Shown piece after piece: positions 1-11,275 of a stretch of 64,000 bases of DNA (position 1 is its first letter; each line of letters starts with the position of its first letter). This DNA comes from a virus. Its lineage: Duplodnaviria > Heunggongvirae > Uroviricota > Caudoviricetes. The position numbers and the translations under genes are program-made. The notes beneath the pieces are model-generated. The model did no database searches. It worked only from the letters and a program-made list of their open reading frames with translations, and was not told where the DNA came from. The stretch spans positions 128,001 to 192,000 of the IMG/VR virus record IMGVR_UViG_3300033146_004404; one strand, 5' to 3'.

Positions 1-1158
1 GGCAATGTTTCTAGTTGCCCACATTATACCAGCAGGCATTTTCATGTAGTTATCATATTCACCAATTACATCTTCATTTACAGTAGGCCCATTAGGAATA
101 TCATTGCTAAGACACATTGCTGCGTCAGCAAAAAGTCCAGCTACTTTAATTGTATATCCATTATAAGGATAGTATTCACCAGATTCTTGTGTAGGCATTG
201 TTATGGTAAATGTAATTTTTGACTCAAGTGTATTTGTTTCACTAGTTTCGCCATACTCAAGAAGGACAGAGCCTGACTGCATGTATCTATATAATCTTGT
301 TGCGTAAATAAAAGCTGGTCTTCCAATTCCTCTGTATTCACCACTAGCAAATTCTTTTCCGTCATTAGTAGTTAATACATTATTTCCTGTATCACCATTT
401 AATCCGTCATAAGTAGAGTTTTTAACTGCTCCTTTAACTCCGTAATTATCTTCAGTCATTGGGTTTTCATCTTCTGTGAGAGAAGATGCGTAAATATCAT
501 TAACAGTTCTTGTTTTTACTAGTTCATGTGCCGTTCCGTCCCATCTAGTAGAATAGTAATTTGTCGTATCAACTGGACTTGTTGTTCCATCCTCAATTAG
601 AGAGTTGTTAAACGTAGTTTCTGTCCAGCCTCCATTGCTTACATGACCGTAGCCGTCTTGTCCAGTACCGTCACGACCAGCATCAATTATTTCCTGCCAG
701 TTAGCATATTCAATACCAGTTCCAAATAACATTTTTGTTGGAAAGAAAGGATATTTAAATGGTTCAGATACATCATCTCCACTATCACCTACTGGCGTTA
801 TGTCTGGATTAGGAACTGTCCAGTATTTATATCTAGCATCTCCAGAATCATAAAAAGCTGCATTATCTCCTAAGTATTGTTCGTTTGAGATCATAGTGCC
901 GTCATTATTAACGTCATCAGTATGATCAAGATCGTTTTCGCTTCTAGAGGCGAAAACGTTCGCACCATTTACTTCTCTATCTCCGTGAGTAGAAAAAGAC
1001 TCACTAGTTAAGAGGTGCATAGTAGCGTGCTTAGCCCATTTAGTTACAATGTTGTGCTGTTTTTCATGATGAAATACTTCGCCGTTTTTTAAAGCCCATA
1101 TCTCAAGCTCACCTCTAAAAGTGCTCATTCCATCTTTATTTTCTGTACTCTTTGTCAT
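1..1158 (-). CDS. Virion structural protein (baseplate/tail-associated), truncated at window edge
   Basis: Not in the ORF track. Manually read open frame from ATG at 1158 (MTKSTENKDGMSTFRGELEIWA...HNIVTKWAKHATMHLL...) runs off the edge. SD-like GAGGAAG and a late-type motif lie upstream; it follows baseplate genes. Confidence 0.7.
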   Translation of the reverse strand, partial: MTKSTENKDGMSTFRGELEIWALKNGEVFHHEKQHNIVTKWAKHATMHLLTSESFSTHGDREVNGANVFASRSENDLDHTDDVNNDGTMISNEQYLGDNAAFYDSGDARYKYWTVPNPDITPVGDSGDDVSEPFKYPFFPTKMLFGTGIEYANWQEIIDAGRDGTGQDGYGHVSNGGWTETTFNNSLIEDGTTSPVDTTNYYSTRWDGTAHELVKTRTVNDIYASSLTEDENPMTEDNYGVKGAVKNSTYDGLNGDTGNNVLTTNDGKEFASGEYRGIGRPAFIYATRLYRYMQSGSVLLEYGETSETNTLESKITFTITMPTQESGEYYPYNGYTIKVAGLFADAAMCLSNDIPNGPTVNEDVIGEYDNYMKMPAGIMWATRNIA

Positions 1159-1212
1159 ATTTACTTCCTCTTGTATATTATCTTTTAAAGGCATTATCTT
1201 CTCCTAAACTAT

Positions 1213-2838
1213 TTATGTATCTATCTTACTTGTAATTGAACTTCCTGATAAGTTTATTCCACCAGAAGGGATATAGTTTCTTGATCTTGCTGACATGTAG
1301 ATATGATCTTTCATTAAGCTATCACTATTTATATTACTAGTAGAACTTTCTAATGTAAAATCAAATTCTGTATCAGGCTTATTTTCAATATAAGGATAGG
1401 TTATAGTTTGAGCGTTAAGTGTCTCATCTATGTCATCATACATTGAATTGTTTGCAAGCAAGTTTATATTATCTTTAGGGATTGGAAAAGTTACTCTATT
1501 TACTAATCTATCCATGTTGTCCTGAGTCCAATCCCAAAGCTCTAATTCAGTAGCTATTTGTTCTTCTCCACCAACTCCGTCAGTTAATTCTTCAGCAGCT
1601 ATCCTTCTAAGAATAGTTCCTGCCATATTGGCAACGAACATTGAAGTTGATACTTCGTCAATAATTTGATTGCTGTCTTTAAGTATTAAGTTTGTAGCTT
1701 CATCTTCGAAAGGAGTTATGTTTACAACAATCTTTTTGGAAATAAAAATAGGAGTAAGGAAGTCAGTATAAGCCTGAATAGTATTTTCATCATCTTCTGA
1801 GAGACCAAGACCTTCTTCTGAAACTCCAGAGGTTAATTTGTTAATTGAATATTCGATAATATTTGTTTTAAAATAAGTATAGTCCATTCCGTAGTCAGGA
1901 ACACCATCTACATTCAGCATTTTTTTTAGTTTAGTTGGGCTATTATCTTCAAGAACTTTGTCAAACGTTAGTCCATTTCTTATCTCAGTTATTTCGTTTT
2001 CCATTGCAACAAAAGGAATAGGCATTTTATCTGGGTAAGATTCTGTTGGTTTATTAGGAGTTAAGTAATGAGCAAATTTATATTCGCTATATTCTTTTGT
2101 ATATGGGTTTACGGTTTCCGTACTAAAATAGAATCTTTTATCAAACCAGTATTCTATAATTTTTATCTCAAACCCAATAAAGTTAAAGAACAATTCAAAA
2201 GAATAATTAGTGCCTTTGATTCTATAGACTTCAATTATGTTCTTAGTTATCTCTCTAAATAGACTATCTCCAAGTGCTGTGTCACCTCTTTCAAATCCTA
2301 CAAGTTGAGCGATGTAATCAAGATATTCCTCAGCTACAGTATCAATATCCTGTATTCCCTTGATATTATCTATAATCATTGAGAATCTATCAAACTCTCT
2401 CATGAAAGCATCTTGCCAGATTTTAAGCTTTGCATTGTTAGTTATCACTTCGGCATCATAACTTGGTATGAAATCTGTGTAGTTATTTAAAAAGAATGAT
2501 TTTACAGTTCCATATTTATATGAATAGATTAGCTGTCTAACTACTTCATCATTAAAACTTCCAGAGTCAAGAATACCATCCAACCCTGATCTTAAGTCAG
2601 TATTGACTAAGAGATCAGTTATTACATATGAAGATACTAACTCACTATTATTTTCTAGTATAGTTAGTATTTCTTTATAGAAGTCAAGTCGATCCTGATT
2701 TGTTGTATCAGGATCTTCGTCATAGATATAAAGATTGTTTAATATTAAACAATCTTTGAGACCTACTTCATTTTCGTATACGTTCAACAAGTCGTCCATT
2801 CTAGTTTGGAAAACTATAGAAGCTCTTTCTAGTGCCAT
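1213..2838 (-). CDS. Baseplate wedge protein (P2 gpI / Mu gp48-like domain)
   Basis: DIDTVAEEYLDYIAQLVGF...REITKNIIEVYRIKGT..SFELFF pattern typical of gpI-like proteins; directly follows the baseplate J-like gene. Confidence 0.7.
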   Translation of the reverse strand: MALERASIVFQTRMDDLLNVYENEVGLKDCLILNNLYIYDEDPDTTNQDRLDFYKEILTILENNSELVSSYVITDLLVNTDLRSGLDGILDSGSFNDEVVRQLIYSYKYGTVKSFFLNNYTDFIPSYDAEVITNNAKLKIWQDAFMREFDRFSMIIDNIKGIQDIDTVAEEYLDYIAQLVGFERGDTALGDSLFREITKNIIEVYRIKGTNYSFELFFNFIGFEIKIIEYWFDKRFYFSTETVNPYTKEYSEYKFAHYLTPNKPTESYPDKMPIPFVAMENEITEIRNGLTFDKVLEDNSPTKLKKMLNVDGVPDYGMDYTYFKTNIIEYSINKLTSGVSEEGLGLSEDDENTIQAYTDFLTPIFISKKIVVNITPFEDEATNLILKDSNQIIDEVSTSMFVANMAGTILRRIAAEELTDGVGGEEQIATELELWDWTQDNMDRLVNRVTFPIPKDNINLLANNSMYDDIDETLNAQTITYPYIENKPDTEFDFTLESSTSNINSDSLMKDHIYMSARSRNYIPSGGINLSGSSITSKIDT

Positions 2839-2848
2839 ACTTTACCTT

Positions 2849-5800
2849 TTATAGTGTGCTATATGAGAATAACAATCCGTGAATCTGTTCACCTGAAGTG
2901 TTATATACATCATCTGATAATACAAGTAATTCGTCAAAATCTGACTCTATATTTAAGTCTTCATTGTTGTTGTATGTATTTGGGGCTGAGAAGTAAGTTG
3001 ATACATCATGACCAAAATAAGTAATGTTTAAATATCTTACTCCTGATACATCTAATACTAATCCAATAAATTCTGATTTATTTACATTTTCTGCAAGTAC
3101 TGTATTCTCAAGAGAATAAAAATTTCTAAGAGCTAAAACAACTGCTGACTTAACCTGCTCTAGTGAAGATGAAGTTTCAATATAAATATTTGCTTTAACA
3201 TCAAAAGTTGAGAATACAGGTTTTTTAAATGAATTATCAACTCCAGCTATCTTATAAGGCTGAAGTAAGTCTATCAAATCGTCCTCATCAGTTTTTAATC
3301 TGTAAGTCTCTTCATCCAAGAATTTATGCCTTCTGTCATTTATAAAGTGAGCGTAGAAAGACAAGTCAGGAATTCTACTTGTTGCACCTGAGATAATATG
3401 CATGTTAAAATATCCAAATTTCTCTTCTGCTGTTTCAGCATCAGGATCAACATAATGTTCTAGGTAATAATCTCCAGAAGGATAAATAGTTGTATTTTCT
3501 CCAGCTGCTCCTCCAAATATTGTAGCTCCAAGTAAACTTGTTTCATCATCATAAATAACAATTCTTCCAGTTTTCTTTTTGTTGTTAACGGTTAATGTTA
3601 TTTTATTACTGTCTTCAGAATTAACAGTAGCAAATACAACTGTAGCATCTTCTATTTCATTTGCTTGTACTCCCCATGTGCTATTTAAAATAGTTACTAG
3701 GCCTGAAATTGAGTCAATTTCAGTAATGTCAACTCTTATGTAGTCATTTTCATTTACTGAAATCTTTAGATATTTTAGATCTGTAATTAAAGTTCCAGTA
3801 TCAGGAGTTCCTCCGCTTCCAATTGAACTTAGATCTATAGAAGTAACCACAGGAAATCCAGTCAATTCTAATTCAAGATCGCTATTAATGCTTCCATCAG
3901 CGTTGATTACAAACAATGAGTTGTCATTAACTTCATCCTTTGTGAACTCTACATAGAAGCTTGAAACATCATAATCTATAAGTTCAGCAATTCCGTCATT
4001 CACAACTGGATCCAGTTTGTATATTGTATTGTAAATTCTATGAGCTTGGAGTTTATATTCAGGGTCAGTAACGTCAAAATTATCTGTGTAATAACTTCCT
4101 AGTTTTATTGTATCTTGTTCATTATTTAAATAATTCAAATATAAATAAGTAGGGTCTACGTCTTCATTAAATTGAATACTTCCGTGCTCATAAATGAAGT
4201 TAGCAAAATCTGCTTCTTCTGTATCTCTAAAAATGATTGTTAGTTTTCTTTGTCCGTAACAAGTATAAACACTAACATTGTCCATCCCAAAGTTTAACCC
4301 AAGAGCTTCATAAGTAACATCTCTTCCTGGAAGAGAGCTCTGAGTTATTACAACGCTTGATGTTGATCCAGTATTTGGAGATTGTAGTCTAATGAAATTT
4401 TCTTCACCTATTGTTTCAACTGAAGCAACATGAGAATAATCTCCCCAAGCTACTGGTTCAGTAGATATTGGTAGAGCTTCATAAGCTGATAATATATCAG
4501 TTGTTGTTCCACTATCTGATAATAGAACTTCTCCTGTAAATGTCTTTCTTGATATTCTAACATCACTACAAGCAATATTTGTCTTTGACTGAGCGAACGA
4601 AGCAACAAAGTCGGCATCTGCAATTCCAGTTCCAACAACTGCTGTTTCCATAGCCCCTGTTATTACCAACAAGTCCTGAGAATCTCCAGCTGTTATAGCT
4701 ATAGTACTTGCTGTTCCAGTTGTATTAGATGAAATTCTAACTTCACCGCCTTCTACTGTAGCTGTTGCATGAACTAGATTATCATAATCTTCTAAGAAAG
4801 CATTGTTAATCATATCAACTAATTCTTCTGCTGTTAATTGATTAGAAGACGCTCCTTCCGCAGCAACTAAAGTAATGTTCCTTACAGTTCCACCATTGAC
4901 AGATATGCTAAAATCATATTGAGTTCCATCTGTTACTGCGAATGGAATTGTTGTTGTGTGATTAAACTCTTGATATCCAAAAGCGCCTGCAGCATCAAAT
5001 GCAGCATTCATATAATCAATTAAAAGGTCGTAAGTCTGTGTCGTTCCAAGGTTTATTGAGAAAGTATGATTTCCGACCTTTAGAGCCCAATCATCTTCAT
5101 CAAAACTTTCAAGGTTTTCAACTATAGCAGTTGTGTCTTCTATTAACACGCCGAAATCATGGTATGCGAATACATCATTATAAGCATCCCTAAGATTATA
5201 ATTTATTAACTGAATAACACTATTGTCGACAGTATTGTTTCCAAGAGGAACAAGTTCACTATTAACTCCACCAAATGAAAGATCTATTATTACTTCTCCA
5301 TGCCCATCTATATTAAGATTAAGAAGGTTGGCGTTAAGACCGTAATCCACTTCACTTGATCCAATATAGACGCCAGTTGTTACATCTTTATTTGACTGTA
5401 GGTATGCGTGAATATTTTCTACTATCTCTTCTTTTGGAAGACCTGTATCATTATAGTTACCATAAAAAAAAGAATCTTCATCGTTATCATCAAGGTAATG
5501 ACTTGTTATGTCTTCAAGTAGTTGATAATCACCATCTTCATAGTTAGCTGTTGTTAAGCTTGCTTTCAAGTAAGGGTTGGCAACATAACTTTCATACTCA
5601 TCAGGAATTTCTTCGCTTTCATCAAGAACTGGAGCTACTGGATTTTCAATCCAGACGCTTTCTTTCCATGCATTAGGTGTAGTTAACACCATATAATTGT
5701 AGAAAGTTCTACCACCCTGATTGTTATAATCATAGTCACCACTTAATATGATTGACTTGTTATTGTTTAACGACAAAGCATTACCAAAAGAGCCGTCACT

Positions 5801-7114
5801 AAATGTTAATTTCTCATTGAAGTAATTCTCTAAGTTAAAAGTTCCCCAGTTAGCATATTTATATTTAGATGTAGGAACTTCTTCCCACCCTGATTTCTTT
5901 ATAATAACATAATTAAGAACTTCTAATGGACTTATATAAAGACCATACTTTTCATAGAATCCATGAGGAATGTTGTTATGCCCATAAGCCTTAGAAAGAA
6001 GAACGTTTATAAAACTTGAAAGAATAATGTCGTAATCTTCTTCAGTTACAGTCTTACCGGCAGCTTTAATTTGAAGTGGGCCAGAGTAAGCAGCATGTTC
6101 AATTGTTTCACTGTCTTCTGATCCAACACCTTCTGTTTTATTTAAGTAGAATACAGATGTATTTATTTCATTGTTTAATATTTCTTCAGTTATATTAATT
6201 GCATTTCTTGATATATTTCCGTCTATACCACCACCAACTCTATAAAAGATACGAATCGACGCACCTTCTGTTAGTCGTCTATCTTGGTCAGCTAAAAGTG
6301 AAGATGATCCAAATGTAATTTCTACTTCATCATCTTCAAGAACATTAACTACGTATGGAATAGCATTCTCTGTTCCATCAGCATTCTCTAACTGCTGAGC
6401 TTTTAAATTTAGAAAACTATCTACTGCAAGAAGTTCTGTCTCTGTTACTATCTCTCCATTTGTTTCTACAAGATAAACTTTAATAGAGTTTCTAACGACA
6501 GGACTTTCAGATATATTAAATACCTGAGCTTGATTAGTAGTTGAGTCAAAATCTTCAATCTTAGTTTGACCTTCATAAAAATCAACAGTAAAATTTAAAT
6601 AGTTGGCTGTGTCTAATTCGATAGGAAGTTTGTATAGGTATTCTGTTGTTGCTGAGTCATAGCCAATAGCTTCAAAGAATTTTGTGTTTCCTGCTTTATC
6701 CAATGCTGTAAGTGTTGTTGTCTCAAATGTTCCTGCTGCTTCTGAATAAACTGGTTTAAGAGTATATGCTCCACAAGCATCTTCAAATTCTATTTCAACA
6801 GGCACTGAAGCTGCTGCAGGAAGCGCAAACTTATAGCCGATAAGTTTTAGCAAGTTTATTATTGAGTTTCTTTGAGTAGCAGTTCCGATAAAGTTTTCAT
6901 TTACAACCCAATCTATTCTTGTAGCAAGCTGATCTGTAATCCAAGAAAATATAGTTGTCATCATAACACCAGCATCACTTGATAAGAAATCATCCCAGTT
7001 TCCGTTATACTCAGGATTTTCCTTAACCATGTTATAAACGTCTTCGAGGATATTACTGTATTCAAGTCCACTGAATTGAGTCTTCGGAAGTTCTAATAAT
7101 TGTTTTGTAGCCAT
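2849..7114 (-). CDS. Baseplate wedge subunit (T4 gp6 / baseplate J-like) with large central insertion
   Basis: N-terminal WDDFLSSDAG...NENFIGTATQRNSIINLLKLIGY; ITFG...YRVGGGIDGN; G.DSETIE...KTVTEEDY; J-like C-terminus. Confidence 0.85.
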   Translation of the reverse strand: MATKQLLELPKTQFSGLEYSNILEDVYNMVKENPEYNGNWDDFLSSDAGVMMTTIFSWITDQLATRIDWVVNENFIGTATQRNSIINLLKLIGYKFALPAAASVPVEIEFEDACGAYTLKPVYSEAAGTFETTTLTALDKAGNTKFFEAIGYDSATTEYLYKLPIELDTANYLNFTVDFYEGQTKIEDFDSTTNQAQVFNISESPVVRNSIKVYLVETNGEIVTETELLAVDSFLNLKAQQLENADGTENAIPYVVNVLEDDEVEITFGSSSLLADQDRRLTEGASIRIFYRVGGGIDGNISRNAINITEEILNNEINTSVFYLNKTEGVGSEDSETIEHAAYSGPLQIKAAGKTVTEEDYDIILSSFINVLLSKAYGHNNIPHGFYEKYGLYISPLEVLNYVIIKKSGWEEVPTSKYKYANWGTFNLENYFNEKLTFSDGSFGNALSLNNNKSIILSGDYDYNNQGGRTFYNYMVLTTPNAWKESVWIENPVAPVLDESEEIPDEYESYVANPYLKASLTTANYEDGDYQLLEDITSHYLDDNDEDSFFYGNYNDTGLPKEEIVENIHAYLQSNKDVTTGVYIGSSEVDYGLNANLLNLNIDGHGEVIIDLSFGGVNSELVPLGNNTVDNSVIQLINYNLRDAYNDVFAYHDFGVLIEDTTAIVENLESFDEDDWALKVGNHTFSINLGTTQTYDLLIDYMNAAFDAAGAFGYQEFNHTTTIPFAVTDGTQYDFSISVNGGTVRNITLVAAEGASSNQLTAEELVDMINNAFLEDYDNLVHATATVEGGEVRISSNTTGTASTIAITAGDSQDLLVITGAMETAVVGTGIADADFVASFAQSKTNIACSDVRISRKTFTGEVLLSDSGTTTDILSAYEALPISTEPVAWGDYSHVASVETIGEENFIRLQSPNTGSTSSVVITQSSLPGRDVTYEALGLNFGMDNVSVYTCYGQRKLTIIFRDTEEADFANFIYEHGSIQFNEDVDPTYLYLNYLNNEQDTIKLGSYYTDNFDVTDPEYKLQAHRIYNTIYKLDPVVNDGIAELIDYDVSSFYVEFTKDEVNDNSLFVINADGSINSDLELELTGFPVVTSIDLSSIGSGGTPDTGTLITDLKYLKISVNENDYIRVDITEIDSISGLVTILNSTWGVQANEIEDATVVFATVNSEDSNKITLTVNNKKKTGRIVIYDDETSLLGATIFGGAAGENTTIYPSGDYYLEHYVDPDAETAEEKFGYFNMHIISGATSRIPDLSFYAHFINDRRHKFLDEETYRLKTDEDDLIDLLQPYKIAGVDNSFKKPVFSTFDVKANIYIETSSSLEQVKSAVVLALRNFYSLENTVLAENVNKSEFIGLVLDVSGVRYLNITYFGHDVSTYFSAPNTYNNNEDLNIESDFDELLVLSDDVYNTSGEQIHGLLFSYSTL

Positions 7115-7152
7115 TAATTAACCCTTAATTTTTTATAGTTTATATACGAACC

Positions 7153-7506
7153 CTAGAATACTATCTCTAAAGATAAATTAAATTCGTCCAAATTTTCTTT
7201 TAGCTGAAGATCAATTATTACTTTAAGCCTCTCTTTATAAATCTCATCAAGAACTATCTCAATGTCTAAAATATTAACTCGTTTTTCCCAAGCTAATATA
7301 GAAGAAGTAATAACTTGTTCTAAGTCTTCAACTAATACACTGCTAAAGTTGAAAATATATTCTCTGACTCTTGAGCCAAATTTTATATTACCAACCATTT
7401 CGCCAGGAAGAGTGGTTAGAATCCTTCTTATGTTTTCTTTAACTAGCTCTTGGTCTTCTTTAATCTTTAAAAAGTCCGTTCCGTAAATTCCAATACCTTT
7501 CATCAC
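7153..7506 (-). CDS. Baseplate wedge gp25-like protein
   Basis: VKENIRRILTTLPGEMVGNIKFGSRVREYIF...I..WEKRV matches the GPW/gp25 pattern. Confidence 0.9.
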   Translation of the reverse strand: MMKGIGIYGTDFLKIKEDQELVKENIRRILTTLPGEMVGNIKFGSRVREYIFNFSSVLVEDLEQVITSSILAWEKRVNILDIEIVLDEIYKERLKVIIDLQLKENLDEFNLSLEIVF

Positions 7507-7525
7507 TATTCCTAATTTGTTTGGT

Positions 7526-7536
7526 ATTATCTTTAC
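7526..7536 (-). promoter_or_regulatory. Putative late promoter GTAAAGATAAT (gp25-gp6 operon)
   Basis: Intergenic, 19 nt before the gp25-like start; the motif recurs before many structural genes. Confidence 0.7.
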
Positions 7537-7541
7537 AACTA

Positions 7542-9119
7542 TTATGAAATTTCTTTAATTATTCTTAAGTCTTCAGATGTTATATAATCTGCGCTAAAAA
7601 TGACCCCATTAAAGAATATTTTATAACTTTCTTTGTAAGCTGTGAAGATATTTCCTTCATCGTCATACGTAGTTCGATAAGGGTCTTCTACCCTTGCATA
7701 GACTATGTGTGTTATCTCAGCATAAATTTCTTTGACGTTTTCATTGTCAGATAAAATATAGCACCAATCTCCAACCTCAAGACCATCAGGGTTTGCTATA
7801 AACAATCTCCTATAATAATCTCCATCTACCTGAGCTCTCTTAACTATAAAGAATTTCTTATACCACTCTAAGGAATTACTTTGTTCGTCAAGAACTTTGT
7901 TTATTACAGCATTACCTTTCTCGATAGTCATTATATCTTTTAAAGTTCCACCTACTTTTGACAGGCGAAGATCTAATATATTAAATCTGTCTTCGTAAAG
8001 TTCCTCTACAGCTTCTGTTATAAGATATGCATTTATATACGCTATTCTATTACTTAACATAGTAGAGTTTCTAACTGTCTGTATGTTGTCCATTAGTTCA
8101 ATCATTCTTGTAAATGTGTATCTATCTGCAACGTTTTCCCATACTTCAATTAGATCAATAACTGTATCTAATCCAGTTAATATAATAGCATTATCAGCGT
8201 CTTCGCTCTTAGGATTAAACTCAAGGTAGTGTCTACTCATTCTATAAGACAGTTCAAGATTTGCTATTGTTTGAGCTGCCATGTGAAGAATTATTGTAGT
8301 TCCTGCAGTGAAAGTGGATGTAATTACTGCATCATCAGGAACAGTTCCTTTTTGTCCGTATGGCGCTAACAGAATTCTACTTGGTGTATCTTTAGCTGCA
8401 AAGACTTTTCCAAAAGAAAAATTTGTGATGTCACCAGTATTAACAAGAACAAGCTCTCCTGTTGGATCCCAACCTTCAGCCATGTATCCGTTTTCAGGAT
8501 CTGACTGATATCCTGCATATCCAATAGCCATATAATCTTGTTCATTATCCTTTAATGAATAATCTATCTCGGAATAAGGGCCGGCGATAGTTGTTTCAAT
8601 ATTACCAGTTCCTCCTCCAGAGGTATACCATGTATTAAAAGTTCTAACCATTGCAATAAGATTGTTTTCAGTAGTCTCAAAATCTTTTACGTATATCACA
8701 TTCGAGTCTTCACACCAAAACGAATATTTAGTAGGTCTAATAGGATAACTTACAGTAGTTCCTTCTCTTGTGTTTAAGTGAAACTCGTTGCCAGTTTCTA
8801 GCTTTCCTGCACTGTGAAGTTTCATATTGTCCCAATATGATTTCTCTTCATAATTATTATCTGCGTCTAACCCTGTATAGATTACTTCTAGTTCATCGAG
8901 AGATGGGTGGTATTTTCCGGTAAGGTATCTATATTCATACGCTAGTCCAGTAAGTTCAGCATTAACTCGTCTAAAGATTCCGTTATTAGCTCTATCAGCT
9001 TCAACTTTATCAGCATATGTAAGGTCAATCTGTTTACCCATTTGTTCCAAGACATATTCATCAGCGATAGCTTTTGTTTTAGTAAGTTCTCTTCTCTTTT
9101 CTGTTGTGAATGTTGCCAT
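7542..9119 (-). CDS. Hypothetical virion protein in baseplate operon
   Basis: 525-aa ORF tightly packed between baseplate genes; no recognised motif. Confidence 0.55.
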   Translation of the reverse strand: MATFTTEKRRELTKTKAIADEYVLEQMGKQIDLTYADKVEADRANNGIFRRVNAELTGLAYEYRYLTGKYHPSLDELEVIYTGLDADNNYEEKSYWDNMKLHSAGKLETGNEFHLNTREGTTVSYPIRPTKYSFWCEDSNVIYVKDFETTENNLIAMVRTFNTWYTSGGGTGNIETTIAGPYSEIDYSLKDNEQDYMAIGYAGYQSDPENGYMAEGWDPTGELVLVNTGDITNFSFGKVFAAKDTPSRILLAPYGQKGTVPDDAVITSTFTAGTTIILHMAAQTIANLELSYRMSRHYLEFNPKSEDADNAIILTGLDTVIDLIEVWENVADRYTFTRMIELMDNIQTVRNSTMLSNRIAYINAYLITEAVEELYEDRFNILDLRLSKVGGTLKDIMTIEKGNAVINKVLDEQSNSLEWYKKFFIVKRAQVDGDYYRRLFIANPDGLEVGDWCYILSDNENVKEIYAEITHIVYARVEDPYRTTYDDEGNIFTAYKESYKIFFNGVIFSADYITSEDLRIIKEIS

Positions 9120-9127
9120 TGTTTTAC

Positions 9128-11266
9128 CTATAAATTCTTTATTATTACTTTTATACTAGCTACTAAGTCAGCTTCTTCTGCTTTTAATCTAATTATAAAT
9201 TCATCTATTAAGTTTACTGAACCTGCTTTTGTGTCAATTGCTGTTACGTAAGCTTCTGTAAGCTGTGCTTTCTTATCAATTATTGACTGAGCTTTTGTTC
9301 CATCTTGTGTGATAGTCCAATCAAGTCCATCGTTGTCAATAAAAACTCCAGCATTTCTAATCATCTCATCTTTAATTTTTTCTATCTTTCCTGTAGCTAT
9401 AAAGTAAAGTTCATCTTTAATCTGCTCACAAGGTTTACAAGCCTTGCATGGAATTATTGATTCATGTATAATTGTTTTAGCTGCATCTGCTATTTCTTTA
9501 TTGATTTCTCCATTAAATAATTTAACCATTTCTGTAAGCTTAAGTGGATCAATATAATCAGGAACGTCTGCTGCTGCGATGTTAAGAGATGTCTCATCAA
9601 GATTCTTCTTGATATTTAGAGATAGCTCACTTTTAAACCAATGCAACATATTGCATAATTGTTCAGCAAATCCACAAGTGTCTCTAACTTCAATAAGTTC
9701 ATCAATTATCATCTGTTTAGTATCTGCATAAATTTGATCTTTAAAAGCTATCATTTCAGAAGTACTATCTATTACTTCAGCAGCTACTGCTATAGCATTT
9801 GCTTCTTTAGTTGAAACTCTTAATAGTCCAAAATCACTATTTATGTTAAAACTAACACAGTCATCTAATACAACTTTTGTTGTATCAAACCCAACGTTGT
9901 CAATGCTGTAAATTACGTTTTGTAATATTTGTATTTTATTACTTTGTATTAATTCTTCCACTACAGCTATTGTAGTAATATCTTCTATTGAACCTGCTAC
10001 ATTATTTACTTTCTTGCTTATTTCTCTATTGAGCTCTAGCTCAGAGGCAGCTTCTATATCTAACTTAGGGAAAACTGATCCGTCGGTTTTATTATAAGCA
10101 GTTAAATTAAATACAAGCATGTTTCTTAATGCTTGTATGACGTTATCAGCAGCAGCTTCAGCTAAGCCAAAGTCTGCGAATCTTTCATTATCAGCTGTAG
10201 GAATAGATTGAGAAACAGCAAATTGTCTTCTAAGAAGTTCTTCTGTTTCAGCAACAGCAACTTTTTTGTTCATCTCTAACATACCGTCGAGCATAGCTTT
10301 CATCGCTTGTTTATCTTCAACGTCAGCATTTGCCATATCAGGAATGCTCAATACATCCATTTCTTCTTTGTTTACTTCTGCTATAATGTCTTGAACAACA
10401 GTCTTTTTTCCACATCCAAGTCCTGCAATTATATATTCTATAATGATATCTCTTAATGCTACAACGTCAGCCAGATCTTCCAATACAGGAATTGGGTTCC
10501 CTTGAGTATAACTTTGAATAGACGAATTTATTGATCCTTCTACTGCTCTAATGGCAGCAAGTGCATCAAGAACATCAGGACATCTTTGTTTAGATACTTC
10601 GAAATTAACTAATACTTCTTTTGTTACATTTTCAATATTTACTTTTGTTGTTACTATAAGATTTGTAATAACAATGCTTTGCTCGTTTGTAATAACTTTT
10701 GTGTATAAAGGAATATTTAATAATATATTCTTTAATAGTTCTATTAAATAAGGAGCAAACCCAATCAATACCTGTAATACCAGCTGAGCTATATCAGCAA
10801 TAAGTTCTCCAATAGCCATAAAGTTACATACAGCAATATCATTTATCTGCGATGCCACTTTTACAGCAGGTTTTGCTATCAGAAAAGCTTTTCTTCCATA
10901 ATCAAGATATTTATAGACACCAATAGCTTTAGATACTGGCTTAATAAGACTCTTCGCTACGGAGTTAGCAACAATAGTAGGAGATCTTCTAGCTGTTTTT
11001 AACAGCCTTTCCATCTCACGAATAGATAAAGCATTTTTTTGATTATCTATTCCTAAGTATTTAGCGACTGTAATTGTTTCTACTGAATAGCTCTTAACTG
11101 AGTATGTTTTTGACTTTCCAGCTAAAGCTCCAGAAGTTGCTTTTGCGGCAGCAGCTTGTTTCTTAGCGGCAGCTATTGATGCATCAGCCTTTCTTTCTTC
11201 TTCCGCTGCTTGTTTCTTTGCTTTCTTAGCCTTCTTTTTTGCTTTACATATTGAATTACAGCCCAT
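9128..11266 (-). CDS. Hypothetical helical protein downstream of spike gene
   Basis: 712-aa ORF with K/A-rich N-terminus, a hydrophobic helix and a CxxCxxC motif. Confidence 0.55.
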   Translation of the reverse strand: MGCNSICKAKKKAKKAKKQAAEEERKADASIAAAKKQAAAAKATSGALAGKSKTYSVKSYSVETITVAKYLGIDNQKNALSIREMERLLKTARRSPTIVANSVAKSLIKPVSKAIGVYKYLDYGRKAFLIAKPAVKVASQINDIAVCNFMAIGELIADIAQLVLQVLIGFAPYLIELLKNILLNIPLYTKVITNEQSIVITNLIVTTKVNIENVTKEVLVNFEVSKQRCPDVLDALAAIRAVEGSINSSIQSYTQGNPIPVLEDLADVVALRDIIIEYIIAGLGCGKKTVVQDIIAEVNKEEMDVLSIPDMANADVEDKQAMKAMLDGMLEMNKKVAVAETEELLRRQFAVSQSIPTADNERFADFGLAEAAADNVIQALRNMLVFNLTAYNKTDGSVFPKLDIEAASELELNREISKKVNNVAGSIEDITTIAVVEELIQSNKIQILQNVIYSIDNVGFDTTKVVLDDCVSFNINSDFGLLRVSTKEANAIAVAAEVIDSTSEMIAFKDQIYADTKQMIIDELIEVRDTCGFAEQLCNMLHWFKSELSLNIKKNLDETSLNIAAADVPDYIDPLKLTEMVKLFNGEINKEIADAAKTIIHESIIPCKACKPCEQIKDELYFIATGKIEKIKDEMIRNAGVFIDNDGLDWTITQDGTKAQSIIDKKAQLTEAYVTAIDTKAGSVNLIDEFIIRLKAEEADLVASIKVIIKNL

Positions 11267-11275
11267 TATATTTCC

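Noticed and set aside
11200-11266. MGC N-terminus resembling a eukaryotic acylation signal
   Set aside because: Context is a bacteriophage; no hydrophobic signal peptide or lipobox
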